Positions 8,850 to 17,884 of a stretch of DNA of 32,000 bases are shown piece after piece (the stretch's first letter is position 1; each line of letters opens with the position of its first letter). The stretch lies in contig NZ_CP074694.1 of the NCBI RefSeq assembly GCF_018398935.1, forward strand, positions 1,770,001 to 1,802,000, read 5' to 3'. The DNA is from Telmatocola sphagniphila. Its GTDB lineage: Bacteria; Planctomycetota; Planctomycetia; Gemmatales; Gemmataceae. The position numbers and the translations under genes were made by a program. Below the pieces are notes generated by a model that saw only the letters and a program-made list of their open reading frames with translations, had not been told where the DNA came from and made no database searches.

Positions 8850-11399
8850 ATGTCCATTCGGCAAATTATCAAAAAAGGGGTCGTACAACCGGCCAAATGG
8901 CTGGCTCGACCAATCGTTCGCCCACTTCGGGATCTATTCTTACTCCCGGCCATCCAGCAATTCAAAGACCTGGGCCAGCAACTCCAAGCGCAGCTTCAGG
9001 AATTGAGCGATTCGGTCAAAATGACCGATCGCACGCTTCTGGGAATGGGATTTCTCAGCAATCTGGCCAGCCGGGATACCAATCGCCTGCCCTCGTTCCC
9101 AAAAGTGCTCTACGCGGATTTGCGCTGCCTGCAAGATCCTTTTTATTCCAAGCGCGGCATCGGTTTTCACGCTTCCGGGGTGCTTCGACACGTTCGGCAG
9201 TTTCTGTCGCCCTCGCTTCGCGTCATCGGTCTGACCGATCTTCAGCTTCCCGATTTGCCCGAAGAATATTGCACTCTTGTGGATGAAGTGCGAGCCTATC
9301 GATTGGCCGAGCCGCTGTCGGGGATTTTGATTCATCTTTCCCCAATGACGCACGACCCGGCTTGGCTCGCACCGCTTTTTGCAAGGAATGACCTGCTGCA
9401 TGTGGCCCTGGTCTACGATTTCATTCCGCTAGATGAAACCTCGCGGTACCTCGCCTCCGCGAATGCCCATCGTTCCTACCTGAACTGCTTGATCTGGCTG
9501 AAAGCCTGCGATATTTTCTGTCCCATTTCCGAGCTCGCTGGTAGAAGATTGCAGGAATTGCTGGGGATACCGAGCGAGCGTATCGCAGTGACCGGGGCCT
9601 GCATTCGATCTGATTTCCTGAATGCAACGAAGGTCGATCCCGGAAATCTGCCCTTCGAGAAGGAAAACTATTTCCTGGTCGTAGGCGGTGGCGATAGCCG
9701 CAAGAATGTGGAAATCGTTCTTCAGGCACATGCGGAAGTGCCCGGGAAAACGGGTTTGGTGATCGCTGGCCATTATGAGGATGAACATTCAGAACGTCTA
9801 CGGGAACAGTATCGCTCCTTCGGTGGAACCGTTAAACGATTGAAGTTCGCTCGCGGCCTCAGCGATGCCGAATTGGCCATCCTGTATCGAAACGCTCTGG
9901 CGACGATAGTTCCCTCGAAGAATGAGGGCTTTTCGCTTCCGGTGGTCGAAGCTCTCTGTTGCGATTGCCCGGTGATTCTATCCGATATTCCCGTTCATCG
10001 AGAATTGGTGAAATGGGATGCCAGTTTTTTTGGTCCCAGCGATCTGCCCACTTTGAAAGATAAACTGGTTAAATTCCAAGAGTCCTCGGATATCAGGAAT
10101 AGCTGGCTTTCCGGGCAGAAAACGATGCCTCTCGATTTTTCGGAGCCTCAAGTCTCTCAAAAAGTCTGGTCGCAGGTACTGCGTTTTTTACCGGAACACT
10201 CCTCCGTGGAAGTAGGAATTCCGCAGCTTCGCACCGCGAAGCCCAAAATTGCCTTTTTAACACCCTTGCCGCCGGAGCGATCCGGTGTGGCGGATTATTC
10301 GGCTGATTGTCTGCGCAGCCTCGTTAAGTACGCCGAGGTCGATGTTTACACCAACCGCGCCAATTGCGTACGCGACCCCGGTGTTCATCGATACGAATTA
10401 ATTTGCGATCTGCCTTACATCAACGGTAAATACGACCGTGTGGTGAGCGTAATTGCCAACTCCACCGAGTATAACCGCAAGTGCATCGACTTATTGAAAC
10501 GCTACGGCGGCCCTTGCATCAGCCACGATGCCCGCATGATCGACTACTACATGGCTCTTCATGGCCGATTTGGTTTCGCGGAACTGGCTTCCCAATGGCT
10601 GAAACGCCCGGTCTCCTTCGAGGAAGGCTGGGAGTGGTACATCGAACAATCGAAAATGCAGACGCTCTGCTTCGAGCAGATACTGCCCAAAGCCGCCCCG
10701 ATGATCGTTCATTCTCGAGGAATTCAAAAAGCCATTGAGAAACAATATGGCGTAACACCTGCAGTCGTTCCTTTCTCCCCGTACCGTCACTTCCAGGAGA
10801 AGGATCTATCGCCACATACGAAGGCGGAAGCCCGGAACCGGCTCGGCTTGGATCCGAAGCGGCTGATCATCGTCTCTCTGGGAATCGTTGCCAAAGAGAA
10901 AGCGCCGATTCCCTGTCTGGATGCTCTGCAAATTCTCCGCGAACAAGGCCTCGATGCGGAATTGTACTTTGTCGGTACCAATGGTGGCATAGCGGAGTTT
11001 TGGTCGGAATGGATTGCGGAGCGGGGACTTCGCGGTCACGCTCATTTCCTGAACCGCTGGATCGATGAGGCGACTTATCGCGATTACTGCCTGGCCGGGG
11101 ATTTGGCTTTGCAGCTCCGCACGCATCGCTTTGGAGGTATTTCCGGGGCGCTGGCCGATTGCATCAGCGCCGGTCTGCCGACCGTAGCCAACCTGGATCT
11201 CGCCGATGCTTTAGATTCCCCAGATTATGTGTTTCGGGTCAGCGATGAACTAGTGCCTGCCGATATCGCTGCTCGACTGACACAAGCCCAAAGTTCACTC
11301 GCTCAAGTTTCGGATCGGCTCGAAATCCGACGGAAATACCTGGAAGAGCGGAATTTTGACAGTTATTCCAAGAATCTTCTGCAGGTTCTTGGGCTCTAA
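8850..11399 (+). CDS. two-domain glycosyltransferase (tandem GT1/GT4-like modules)
   Basis: 849 aa. The first module carries VPSKNEGFSLPVVEALCCDCPVILSDIP. The second module starts near KIAFLTPLPPERSGVADYS and ends with FGGISGALADCISAGLPTVAN. The N-terminus is coiled-coil-like (QQLQAQLQELS). The start is 5 nt after the upstream stop. Confidence 0.8.
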   Translation: MSIRQIIKKGVVQPAKWLARPIVRPLRDLFLLPAIQQFKDLGQQLQAQLQELSDSVKMTDRTLLGMGFLSNLASRDTNRLPSFPKVLYADLRCLQDPFYSKRGIGFHASGVLRHVRQFLSPSLRVIGLTDLQLPDLPEEYCTLVDEVRAYRLAEPLSGILIHLSPMTHDPAWLAPLFARNDLLHVALVYDFIPLDETSRYLASANAHRSYLNCLIWLKACDIFCPISELAGRRLQELLGIPSERIAVTGACIRSDFLNATKVDPGNLPFEKENYFLVVGGGDSRKNVEIVLQAHAEVPGKTGLVIAGHYEDEHSERLREQYRSFGGTVKRLKFARGLSDAELAILYRNALATIVPSKNEGFSLPVVEALCCDCPVILSDIPVHRELVKWDASFFGPSDLPTLKDKLVKFQESSDIRNSWLSGQKTMPLDFSEPQVSQKVWSQVLRFLPEHSSVEVGIPQLRTAKPKIAFLTPLPPERSGVADYSADCLRSLVKYAEVDVYTNRANCVRDPGVHRYELICDLPYINGKYDRVVSVIANSTEYNRKCIDLLKRYGGPCISHDARMIDYYMALHGRFGFAELASQWLKRPVSFEEGWEWYIEQSKMQTLCFEQILPKAAPMIVHSRGIQKAIEKQYGVTPAVVPFSPYRHFQEKDLSPHTKAEARNRLGLDPKRLIIVSLGIVAKEKAPIPCLDALQILREQGLDAELYFVGTNGGIAEFWSEWIAERGLRGHAHFLNRWIDEATYRDYCLAGDLALQLRTHRFGGISGALADCISAGLPTVANLDLADALDSPDYVFRVSDELVPADIAARLTQAQSSLAQVSDRLEIRRKYLEERNFDSYSKNLLQVLGL

Positions 11400-11560
11400 A
11401 AACCAGCGGCCAATCAAACTTTTCGGCAAAATCGTATTATCCATCAAGTCCGTACTCTGCGATGCCGATTTAGATAATAAGCAAAGTTGCAGACCGCTAA
11501 GTCTGGGGGATTAGACAGCGCTGTAATACTTGCGATCGGCATTGTGGGGAGATGCGGACT

Positions 11561-11881
11561 ATGTGGAAAATGAATCGCAGCAAGCTGCTGGCTGTAGCTG
11601 GACTGGGATTGATCCTGAGCGCTCAGACCGGCTGCCAAACTCAGATCGCTGGCATGACGCTGCCGACAGGTCATTACCTGGAGCATCCACCACAGTACTT
11701 CCCTCAAGATCCGGATTTTCCTTTAACTAAGGAATTGGCGGATCAGGAAGAAAAAGCCGGCCTGTTACGAACTCGCGACGGCGTATTGCCCGCGGGTGGA
11801 GCGGTGGCCCCGGTACCCGGTGCGGCCGGACCGGCTCAGCCTCTGCCTAAAGCCGAAATTCCTCCTATGACCGGCAGCTGA
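11561..11881 (+). CDS. small exported protein (possible lipoprotein), Pro-rich C-terminus
   Basis: The ORF is open from ATG 11552. ATG 11561 lies 9 nt after GGGGAG (11546-11551). The signal-like segment MWKMNRSKLLAVAGLGLILSAQTGC is only a weak lipobox match. A strong terminator follows. Confidence 0.5.
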   Translation: MWKMNRSKLLAVAGLGLILSAQTGCQTQIAGMTLPTGHYLEHPPQYFPQDPDFPLTKELADQEEKAGLLRTRDGVLPAGGAVAPVPGAAGPAQPLPKAEIPPMTGS

Positions 11882-11905
11882 TAGATCTATCGAACTCGAT
11901 CGACG

Positions 11906-11955
11906 GGCAGAGCAAGACCAGGGACGGTCTTGCTTCTGCCCTTTGTCATTTTCCA
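11906..11955 (+). terminator. rho-independent terminator
   Basis: 15-bp stem GGGCAGAGCAAGACC (11906-11920) / GGTCTTGCT(T)CTGCCC (11927-11942) with one bulged T and a 6-nt loop, followed by the TTTGTCATTTT tail. Confidence 0.8.
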
Positions 11956-12010
11956 GGCTTCCGCTAGAAACTCTTCAGGTTAGTTTTTGAACCCGAAAAG
12001 GAATCTAAGC

Positions 12011-12385
12011 ATGGCCATGCAGCACAGCCCCGGCTTCCTGAAGATTGTCAACGAAGTCCGTCCGCACATCAAAGAATGTACAGTTGAAGACGTCAAATCT
12101 CGAATCCAAGCTGGCGACAAATTCGTTCTGATCGATGTCCGCGAAGAGAGCGAATGGGCCGCGGGTCGGATTCCCGGAGCCATCCATCTCGGTAAGGGCG
12201 TCATCGAAAGGGACATCGAATCGAAAATTCCCGATCACGGTGCCCCGCTGATTTTGTACTGCGGCGGCGGTTTCCGCTCGGCCTTGGCGGCGGATAATCT
12301 TCAGAAGATGGGATATACCAACGTCATTTCGATGGACGGTGGATTCCGAGGCTGGAAAGACTCCGGCGGCGAGATCGTGAAGTAA
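12011..12385 (+). CDS. rhodanese-like domain protein (sulfurtransferase)
   Basis: LIDVREESEWAAGRIPGAIHL and the active-site loop YCGGGFRSALAADNL...GGFRGW. ATG 12011 lies 8 nt after AAGGA; the tracked ORF starts at TTG 11987. Confidence 0.85.
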   Translation: MAMQHSPGFLKIVNEVRPHIKECTVEDVKSRIQAGDKFVLIDVREESEWAAGRIPGAIHLGKGVIERDIESKIPDHGAPLILYCGGGFRSALAADNLQKMGYTNVISMDGGFRGWKDSGGEIVK

Positions 12386-12487
12386 CATTTCCGACGGTTC
12401 GCCCACGACTGCCTTGACATCTGGAGCCGGAGCGGTACTTATCTAAGGAGCCTATTAAAAAGACATTTCCTTTCGGAGAATTGTGGT

Positions 12488-13909
12488 ATGCCCGGTCTTG
12501 ATACGGTTGAAATGCTCGGTTTCAACCTCAAGCTGATTGGCAAGAAGTCGAAGAAAAATGTTCTCATTTCTGCCGGAAAACTCTCGGACAAGGAAAAAAT
12601 GCTTTCCTCCATCGAGAAGTTGTCCAAACTCAACGTCTCGATTTACGCCACCCCGGGAACGGCCCGTTTTCTCAACAGTAAAGGCGTCCCGAACCAGGAA
12701 CTGTACAAGATTCTGGATCATCGGGAACCGAACATCCACAGCTTCCTGAAGGATAATCGCCTCGATCTGATCATCAACGTTTTGACGGGCAATAACGACT
12801 ACGACGAATCCTCGGACAGCAACCTGATCCGGTCGATGGCCATCGAGAACGGCATCCCGTTGATTACCGATGTCGATGTGGCCATTCTGACCATCGAACA
12901 GCTGATCAAGAAGGATACCGAGGGATTCTACAAGTACAAACTCTCCGACCCGGCGCGGCCCTGGGACATGAAATCGGAGTTTCTCGAAATCGTGCAATCG
13001 CTCGGCGGATTTGCCAGCTATCACGCCCACTACGACAAAGCCTACCTGATCTCCATGGAGAATCTCCGACTGAGCATGGTCGACATGCAGAAGAAGTGGA
13101 CTCTCTACAAGCACTTGAAAGAAAACTATACATTCGATGATCTGGTCGAACGCATCTCGCGCGGGGTGGAGAATATGATCGCCCAGGGGGCCGCTTACTG
13201 CCGCACCATGGTCGATGCCGACAGCACGGCCAAGACACTGCCGATGCAGGCCGCGCTGGAAGTGAAGAAACGGTACTCCGACCGGATCAATTTCGATGTG
13301 GGCGTTCAGCCGTTACAAGGGGTACTCGATCCCGAATCCCGTAGGTACTTCGAAGAATCTTGCGAGATGGGCGATTTCGTCGGCGGCCTGCCCTCTAAGG
13401 ACCGGCCGCTGCCCGAAAAACATTTCGACGTCATTCTCAGCGTTGCCAAGCGGTTGAACAAGCGAGTCGATGTGCACGTCGATCAGGAAAATAATCCCTA
13501 CGAAACCGAAACGGAAATGCTGGCTTTGAAGACAATCGAGCATGGCATGGAAGGGCGCGTCGCCGCCGTGCATGCGATCTCGCTGTCGGCCAAACCCCCG
13601 ATTGAGCAGGATCGCATCATCCGGGTGATGAAGCAGGCCGGAGTGAGTGTGATCTGCTGCCCCTCGGCCGCTCTGTCGATGAAGCAGCTCGATATGCCGG
13701 CCCCACTGCACAACTCCATCGCTCCGGTCCCTCGGCTGCTGGATGCGGGCATTCCGGTCCGACTGGGCGTCGACAACGTCTACGACCTGTTCATGCCGCT
13801 GGTGGATGGCGACATGTGGTTCGAATGCCGGCTGCTCATGGAGGCTTGCCGGTTTTACGATCTAAGAAAAGTGGCCGAGCTGGCCTGCGATAAAACGGGT
13901 TACGGTTGA
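12488..13909 (+). CDS. fusion protein: N-terminal MGS-like domain + C-terminal cytosine-deaminase-like amidohydrolase
   Basis: Residues ~20-145 (KKNVLISAG...IYATPGTARFLNSKGV...LDLIINVL...IRSMAIENGIPLITDV) match the MGS-like fold pattern seen in the CarB C-terminus. Residues ~170-473 carry amidohydrolase metal-ligand motifs YHAHYD, VDVHVDQ, AVHAISL and GVDNVYD. GGAG lies 9 nt before the ATG. Confidence 0.7.
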   Translation: MPGLDTVEMLGFNLKLIGKKSKKNVLISAGKLSDKEKMLSSIEKLSKLNVSIYATPGTARFLNSKGVPNQELYKILDHREPNIHSFLKDNRLDLIINVLTGNNDYDESSDSNLIRSMAIENGIPLITDVDVAILTIEQLIKKDTEGFYKYKLSDPARPWDMKSEFLEIVQSLGGFASYHAHYDKAYLISMENLRLSMVDMQKKWTLYKHLKENYTFDDLVERISRGVENMIAQGAAYCRTMVDADSTAKTLPMQAALEVKKRYSDRINFDVGVQPLQGVLDPESRRYFEESCEMGDFVGGLPSKDRPLPEKHFDVILSVAKRLNKRVDVHVDQENNPYETETEMLALKTIEHGMEGRVAAVHAISLSAKPPIEQDRIIRVMKQAGVSVICCPSAALSMKQLDMPAPLHNSIAPVPRLLDAGIPVRLGVDNVYDLFMPLVDGDMWFECRLLMEACRFYDLRKVAELACDKTGYG

Positions 13910-13919
13910 TCGAGTTCGC

Positions 13920-14915
13920 TCAAATCGTCAGCACGACCTTGCCGAAAAGCGATTTCCCATCGGGAAGCGTCCCCGTCTCCTGAACTTTATGAGCGAGTGC
14001 CGCTTGCTCCAAAGGTAATTGCAAACCGATCAGGGCTTTCAGTTTCTGCTCTGACAGAAGATCGTTGATCTCCTCGGCGCAAATCCATTGTTCCATGGGC
14101 GTGCAGTTGAACATGGCAAAGCCGTGAAGCGATAGACACTTCACATAAAACGGTCCGATCGGGATAATCGGCTTGGATTGCCGGCCAGCCATGACTATCA
14201 CCCGGCCCCGGGGCGACATGAGATCGATGATGCGGCCAAAATCCTGTTCGCGATGGGTTTCGTACCAGACTTGAACGCCTTTGCCCGCCGTAAATTCCTT
14301 GATTCGGACCGAGAGATCGTCCGTTTTGTAATTGAGAACCATATCGGCCCCTAACTCCTCGGCGATCTTCGCTTTCTCGGCCGATCCTACAGTGGTTATG
14401 ACGCGAGCCCCTTTCGCTTTGGCAATTTGCACGGCCATGGAACCCACGCCGCCGGTGCCCCCGTTGATGAAAACCGTATCTTCCTCTTGCAGATCGCCGA
14501 ACTGAAAAAGTCCCAGATGGGCCGTGATTGCCGTTAGCGAAGCGGCGACAATTTGAATATCTTCCACCCCTTCCGGTGCCGGGTAGATCCAATCCTGATT
14601 AACGCAAATAAACTCGGCAAAGGTTCCCTGCCGGCCCAGCATCCCCTGATTGGAGCCCCAGACACGCTGTCCAATAGTCAGATTTTCCGAGTCTTCGCCG
14701 AGTTCTTCGATGACGCCGACGAAATCGCAGCCGATCACGTACGGGAAAGGAGCGGGCATCGGTACCAGGCCGGAGCGGAAATAGGTGTCAATGGGATTGG
14801 TGGCGACCGCGGACACCCGGATTAAAGCTTCTTTTTTCTGGGGTCGAGGCATCGGCAATTCACCGACCTGAATAACCTCCGGGCTACCGGTCTGGGTAAT
14901 GAAAGCGGCTTTCAT
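13920..14915 (-). CDS. NADPH:quinone oxidoreductase / zinc-type alcohol dehydrogenase superfamily (MDR) protein
   Basis: MKAAFITQTGSPEVIQVGELPMPRP...ALIRVSAVATNPIDTY, the Rossmann motif INGGTGGVGSMAVQIAKAKGARVI, and a length of 331 aa. It is convergent with the preceding gene, with a 10-bp gap. Confidence 0.85.
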   Translation of the reverse strand: MKAAFITQTGSPEVIQVGELPMPRPQKKEALIRVSAVATNPIDTYFRSGLVPMPAPFPYVIGCDFVGVIEELGEDSENLTIGQRVWGSNQGMLGRQGTFAEFICVNQDWIYPAPEGVEDIQIVAASLTAITAHLGLFQFGDLQEEDTVFINGGTGGVGSMAVQIAKAKGARVITTVGSAEKAKIAEELGADMVLNYKTDDLSVRIKEFTAGKGVQVWYETHREQDFGRIIDLMSPRGRVIVMAGRQSKPIIPIGPFYVKCLSLHGFAMFNCTPMEQWICAEEINDLLSEQKLKALIGLQLPLEQAALAHKVQETGTLPDGKSLFGKVVLTI

Positions 14916-15013
14916 GGAATACTCCGTTTACAGGGACTACCAAAGTAGATGTATTGCAAGCGGGAAAATCGTGCATAGCTTTAACTAGAGATTCGCATCC
15001 TGGAGAATTCACC

Positions 15014-16120
15014 ATGAGTATCGATGCCGTTCCCATTCGCCGAATCGACCATGTCCGCTTTTTTGTTGGCAACGCCCGGCAATCCGCGTTTTTCTACCGC
15101 AACGCCTTCGGATTCGATGTGGTCGCCTACGCCGGATTGGAAACCAAGGTTCGGCATGAGGCAGGCTATATTCTGAAATCGGGAGATATCACCTTTGCCC
15201 TGATTTCCCCGTTAAAATCTTCGCACCCCGAATATCCCCGGCTAGTGACGCACGGCGACGGCGTGATGGATATCGCGCTGGAAGTGGATGACGTCAAAAA
15301 AGCTTATAACGAAACGGTTTATCGAGGGGCTGTCGGTGTGGTGGGACCCACCGTGCTGGAAGATGAGCAAGGGCAATATGAGTTTGCCTCGATTCGAACG
15401 TATGGAGATACAACCCACAGCTTTGTGAATCGCGACAAATACAAGGGAGTTTTCTCCCCAGGGTTCAAGCCGCTCGACCCCGGACGTTACAACCCGAACA
15501 CCGCCAAGCCGGCCGGCCTGAAAAATATCGATCACATCGTAGGGAACGTCGAACTCGGCAAAATGAATGATTGGGTGGAATACTACAAGAAAATCATGGG
15601 ATTTGATCAGTTGGTTTCCTTTGACGATAAACAGATCTCCACCGAATACACGGCACTTATGTCGAAAGTGGTTCAGGGAGGCGATGGCCGGGTGAAGTTC
15701 CCTTTGAACGAACCCGCCCAGGGGCGGCGTAAATCGCAAATCGATGAATACCTGGACTTCTACGGCGGACCCGGTGTACAGCATATCGCCCTGGCCACGG
15801 ATGACATTATCAAGACGGTGAAAGCTCTTCGGGCGAATGATGTGAGTTTTCTGCGAGTTCCGAAGACCTATTACGAAATGTTGCCCAGCCGGGTGGGTCC
15901 GATCAAAGAAAATATCGACGAATTGGCCGATTTGGGAATTCTCGTTGACCGCGATGACGAAGGCTACATGCTGCAAATCTTCACCAAGCCGGTCTGCGAC
16001 CGACCGACCGTGTTTTTTGAGATTATCCAGCGGGCGGGATCGAAGAGCTTCGGTAAAGGGAATTTTAAAGCCTTGTTCGAAGCCATCGAACGGGAGCAGG
16101 CAAAGAGAGGAACGCTGTAA
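15014..16120 (+). CDS. hppD: 4-hydroxyphenylpyruvate dioxygenase
   Basis: IDHVRFFVGNARQSAFFY, two VOC-fold modules, and the C-terminal hallmark FGKGNFKALFEAIEREQAKRGTL. ATG 15014 lies 7 nt after GGAGA; the tracked ORF starts at 14954. The stop TAA overlaps the next ATG by 1 nt. Confidence 0.9.
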   Translation: MSIDAVPIRRIDHVRFFVGNARQSAFFYRNAFGFDVVAYAGLETKVRHEAGYILKSGDITFALISPLKSSHPEYPRLVTHGDGVMDIALEVDDVKKAYNETVYRGAVGVVGPTVLEDEQGQYEFASIRTYGDTTHSFVNRDKYKGVFSPGFKPLDPGRYNPNTAKPAGLKNIDHIVGNVELGKMNDWVEYYKKIMGFDQLVSFDDKQISTEYTALMSKVVQGGDGRVKFPLNEPAQGRRKSQIDEYLDFYGGPGVQHIALATDDIIKTVKALRANDVSFLRVPKTYYEMLPSRVGPIKENIDELADLGILVDRDDEGYMLQIFTKPVCDRPTVFFEIIQRAGSKSFGKGNFKALFEAIEREQAKRGTL

Positions 16121-17109
16121 TGATTCGACTAGAATCGCTTCACATCAGCCGCTTTCGAGGCATCCGAGAAGGGAAGATCGAAGGCTTCACTGACGTGAAC
16201 ATCCTCGTTGGAAAAAACAATTCCGGCAAGACGACCGTGATGGAAGCGATCATGCGATGCATCGATTCTTGGACTTCCATGCCAGATATTATGGGAAGGG
16301 ATGTGCCCAATACTTGGAGTGAGATAAGAAAAAGCGGAACTCCAAGTATAATTTCGGACTTCTGGTATCAGCAAGATCTGTCTACTAACGCCAACTTGAG
16401 TATCACTTTAAAAAATGCGGATACCAATTCTCAGATTCAGTTAATTCGTTTTTCGGTCACTTACTCCAAGGATACACACGGAAATCTAAATGCTTTACCT
16501 CAAGGCGATTCAGTTCATGTAACTGGTAATTGGGTTACATTTCGCAAAGGACTAATTCTTATCCAGCCTGAGGATTGCCGAAACAGCAGAATCGAAGAGT
16601 TATTTTGGCAGAGCATCCTCTCCAATCGAAGAGACAAAATCTTACTTAAAAACTTGAACGAAGTTTTCGGCCTAAATGCAGAAGCTTTACAACTGATTCC
16701 GCCTAACAAATTAATGGTGCTCTACGACAACTATGGAATCCCTCTCGATGTGCTGGGGGATGGAACACGAAGTGCATTAAGAGCCTTAATTCTGCTCTCG
16801 ATGGTAAAATCCTGCTTGGTACTGATGGAAGAGCCTGAATGCTATCAGCATCCGGGCTCACTCGAAAAGTTTGCACTCGCCGTTACCAAATTGGCTCAGC
16901 AGCAACAAATCCAACTGATTTTATCGACGCATAGCATCGAATGCGTCAACGCCTTCCTCAAGGCTGCGAAAACCGTTGCTTCAAATGCCGCTGTTTTCCA
17001 TCTGAGCGTGAAGGATGGCCATCAGATCGCTCGCAAACTCGAAACGGAAACCGTGGAAACTCTTGAAAGCACTGGAATCGATGTGAGGTTCGCCGATCTT
17101 TATGCCTGA
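16120..17109 (+). CDS. compact SMC/RecF/OLD-type ABC ATPase (AAA_15/AAA_21-like), candidate defence-system sensor/ATPase subunit
   Basis: N-terminal MIRLESLHISRFRGI, Walker A GKNNSGKT (aa 31-38), signature-like LGDGTRSAL (212-220), Walker B LVLMEEPE (233-240) and H-loop LSTHS (268-272). It has no transmembrane partner. It is much more AT-rich than the flanks. An SD-like GAGAGG lies 9 nt upstream, inside the hppD 3' end. Confidence 0.8.
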   Translation: MIRLESLHISRFRGIREGKIEGFTDVNILVGKNNSGKTTVMEAIMRCIDSWTSMPDIMGRDVPNTWSEIRKSGTPSIISDFWYQQDLSTNANLSITLKNADTNSQIQLIRFSVTYSKDTHGNLNALPQGDSVHVTGNWVTFRKGLILIQPEDCRNSRIEELFWQSILSNRRDKILLKNLNEVFGLNAEALQLIPPNKLMVLYDNYGIPLDVLGDGTRSALRALILLSMVKSCLVLMEEPECYQHPGSLEKFALAVTKLAQQQQIQLILSTHSIECVNAFLKAAKTVASNAAVFHLSVKDGHQIARKLETETVETLESTGIDVRFADLYA

Positions 17110-17884
17110 AAATCGCTTAATTACAATTCTCTATGAAGGGGATGACGATAAAGCAGTGCTTCAGAAACTGCAAGCGTGCGGATTGATTCCTCCTTCGAAC
17201 GAAGTGAAAATAGCAGAGAGAGACAAAACCAAACACCCTGGCAAGGAAGGTCTTTATGGGCAATTGCTACCCATAATCCACCCATTTAAGGGGTTGGATG
17301 GTAGAGCAATCGTCCTGATGGATCTCGACGGGAACTCTCATCAAGGCTTGCAAAACGAATTTAGAGATGCCTTAAAAGCAAGTCTCAGGAACGACACAGT
17401 TCCGATAAAGATCACTGATGGAAATCGAGTTGGCAGGCTTGAGGAAATCGTTCTTGAGTACGAGGAAAGGCGGGGAAGCGTTGTTTTGGTTCCAGTAGGC
17501 AACCCAGAGGACAAAGAAGTCTCCTCTAAATATGGAATTGATCGCTTCGCTATCGATGATTGGATTCTAAAACTTGCCTTGCACCAGCAGGCTTTTGAAG
17601 CCGTTTCAGAATTTGAAAAGCTCGGCTATGATCGTGCCCTGAAGAAGTTCGAGGAAGTCTCAGATCTTCTTCGAAACAATAGCTTAGAAGTTCGGAAGGC
17701 AAAAACCTATGTTCAAATTCTTAGGTTGATCGCCGATATTCGCCCCTCGACCGCAACCGTTATCGGGCGTATAGTCGAGAAGGCCTTCGCAAGTTTAGGT
17801 CGCGAGGAGTTCACGAGGCTTCTGAAACCTTTTCTATCGGACCTGAACGATGCCAGCTCGATTCTGAGGAGGACTGAATCGTGA
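17102..17884 (+). CDS. TOPRIM-like protein (DUF4435/DUF3226/RloB-type partner), candidate nuclease effector
   Basis: There is an 8-nt overlap (ATGCCTGA) with the ATPase gene. ILYEGDDD (Glu12) and VLMDLDGN (Asp74, Asp76) give the E...DxD arrangement of a TOPRIM fold. The C-terminal ~110 aa are helical with no motif I recognise. The family call is from motifs only. Confidence 0.55.
   Translation: MPENRLITILYEGDDDKAVLQKLQACGLIPPSNEVKIAERDKTKHPGKEGLYGQLLPIIHPFKGLDGRAIVLMDLDGNSHQGLQNEFRDALKASLRNDTVPIKITDGNRVGRLEEIVLEYEERRGSVVLVPVGNPEDKEVSSKYGIDRFAIDDWILKLALHQQAFEAVSEFEKLGYDRALKKFEEVSDLLRNNSLEVRKAKTYVQILRLIADIRPSTATVIGRIVEKAFASLGREEFTRLLKPFLSDLNDASSILRRTES

Noticed and set aside
11444-11707. 87-aa ORF on the - strand
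   Set aside because: It overlaps the small exported-protein gene in antisense. That gene has a signal peptide, an SD and a downstream terminator on the + strand.
12455-13114. 219-aa ORF on the - strand
   Set aside because: It is antisense to the MGS-like/amidohydrolase gene, which has clear domain motifs. The antisense product has none.
15242-15976. 244-aa ORF on the - strand
   Set aside because: It is entirely antisense to hppD, whose identity is unambiguous. It has no recognisable motifs and no SD, so it is a shadow ORF typical of GC-biased coding regions.
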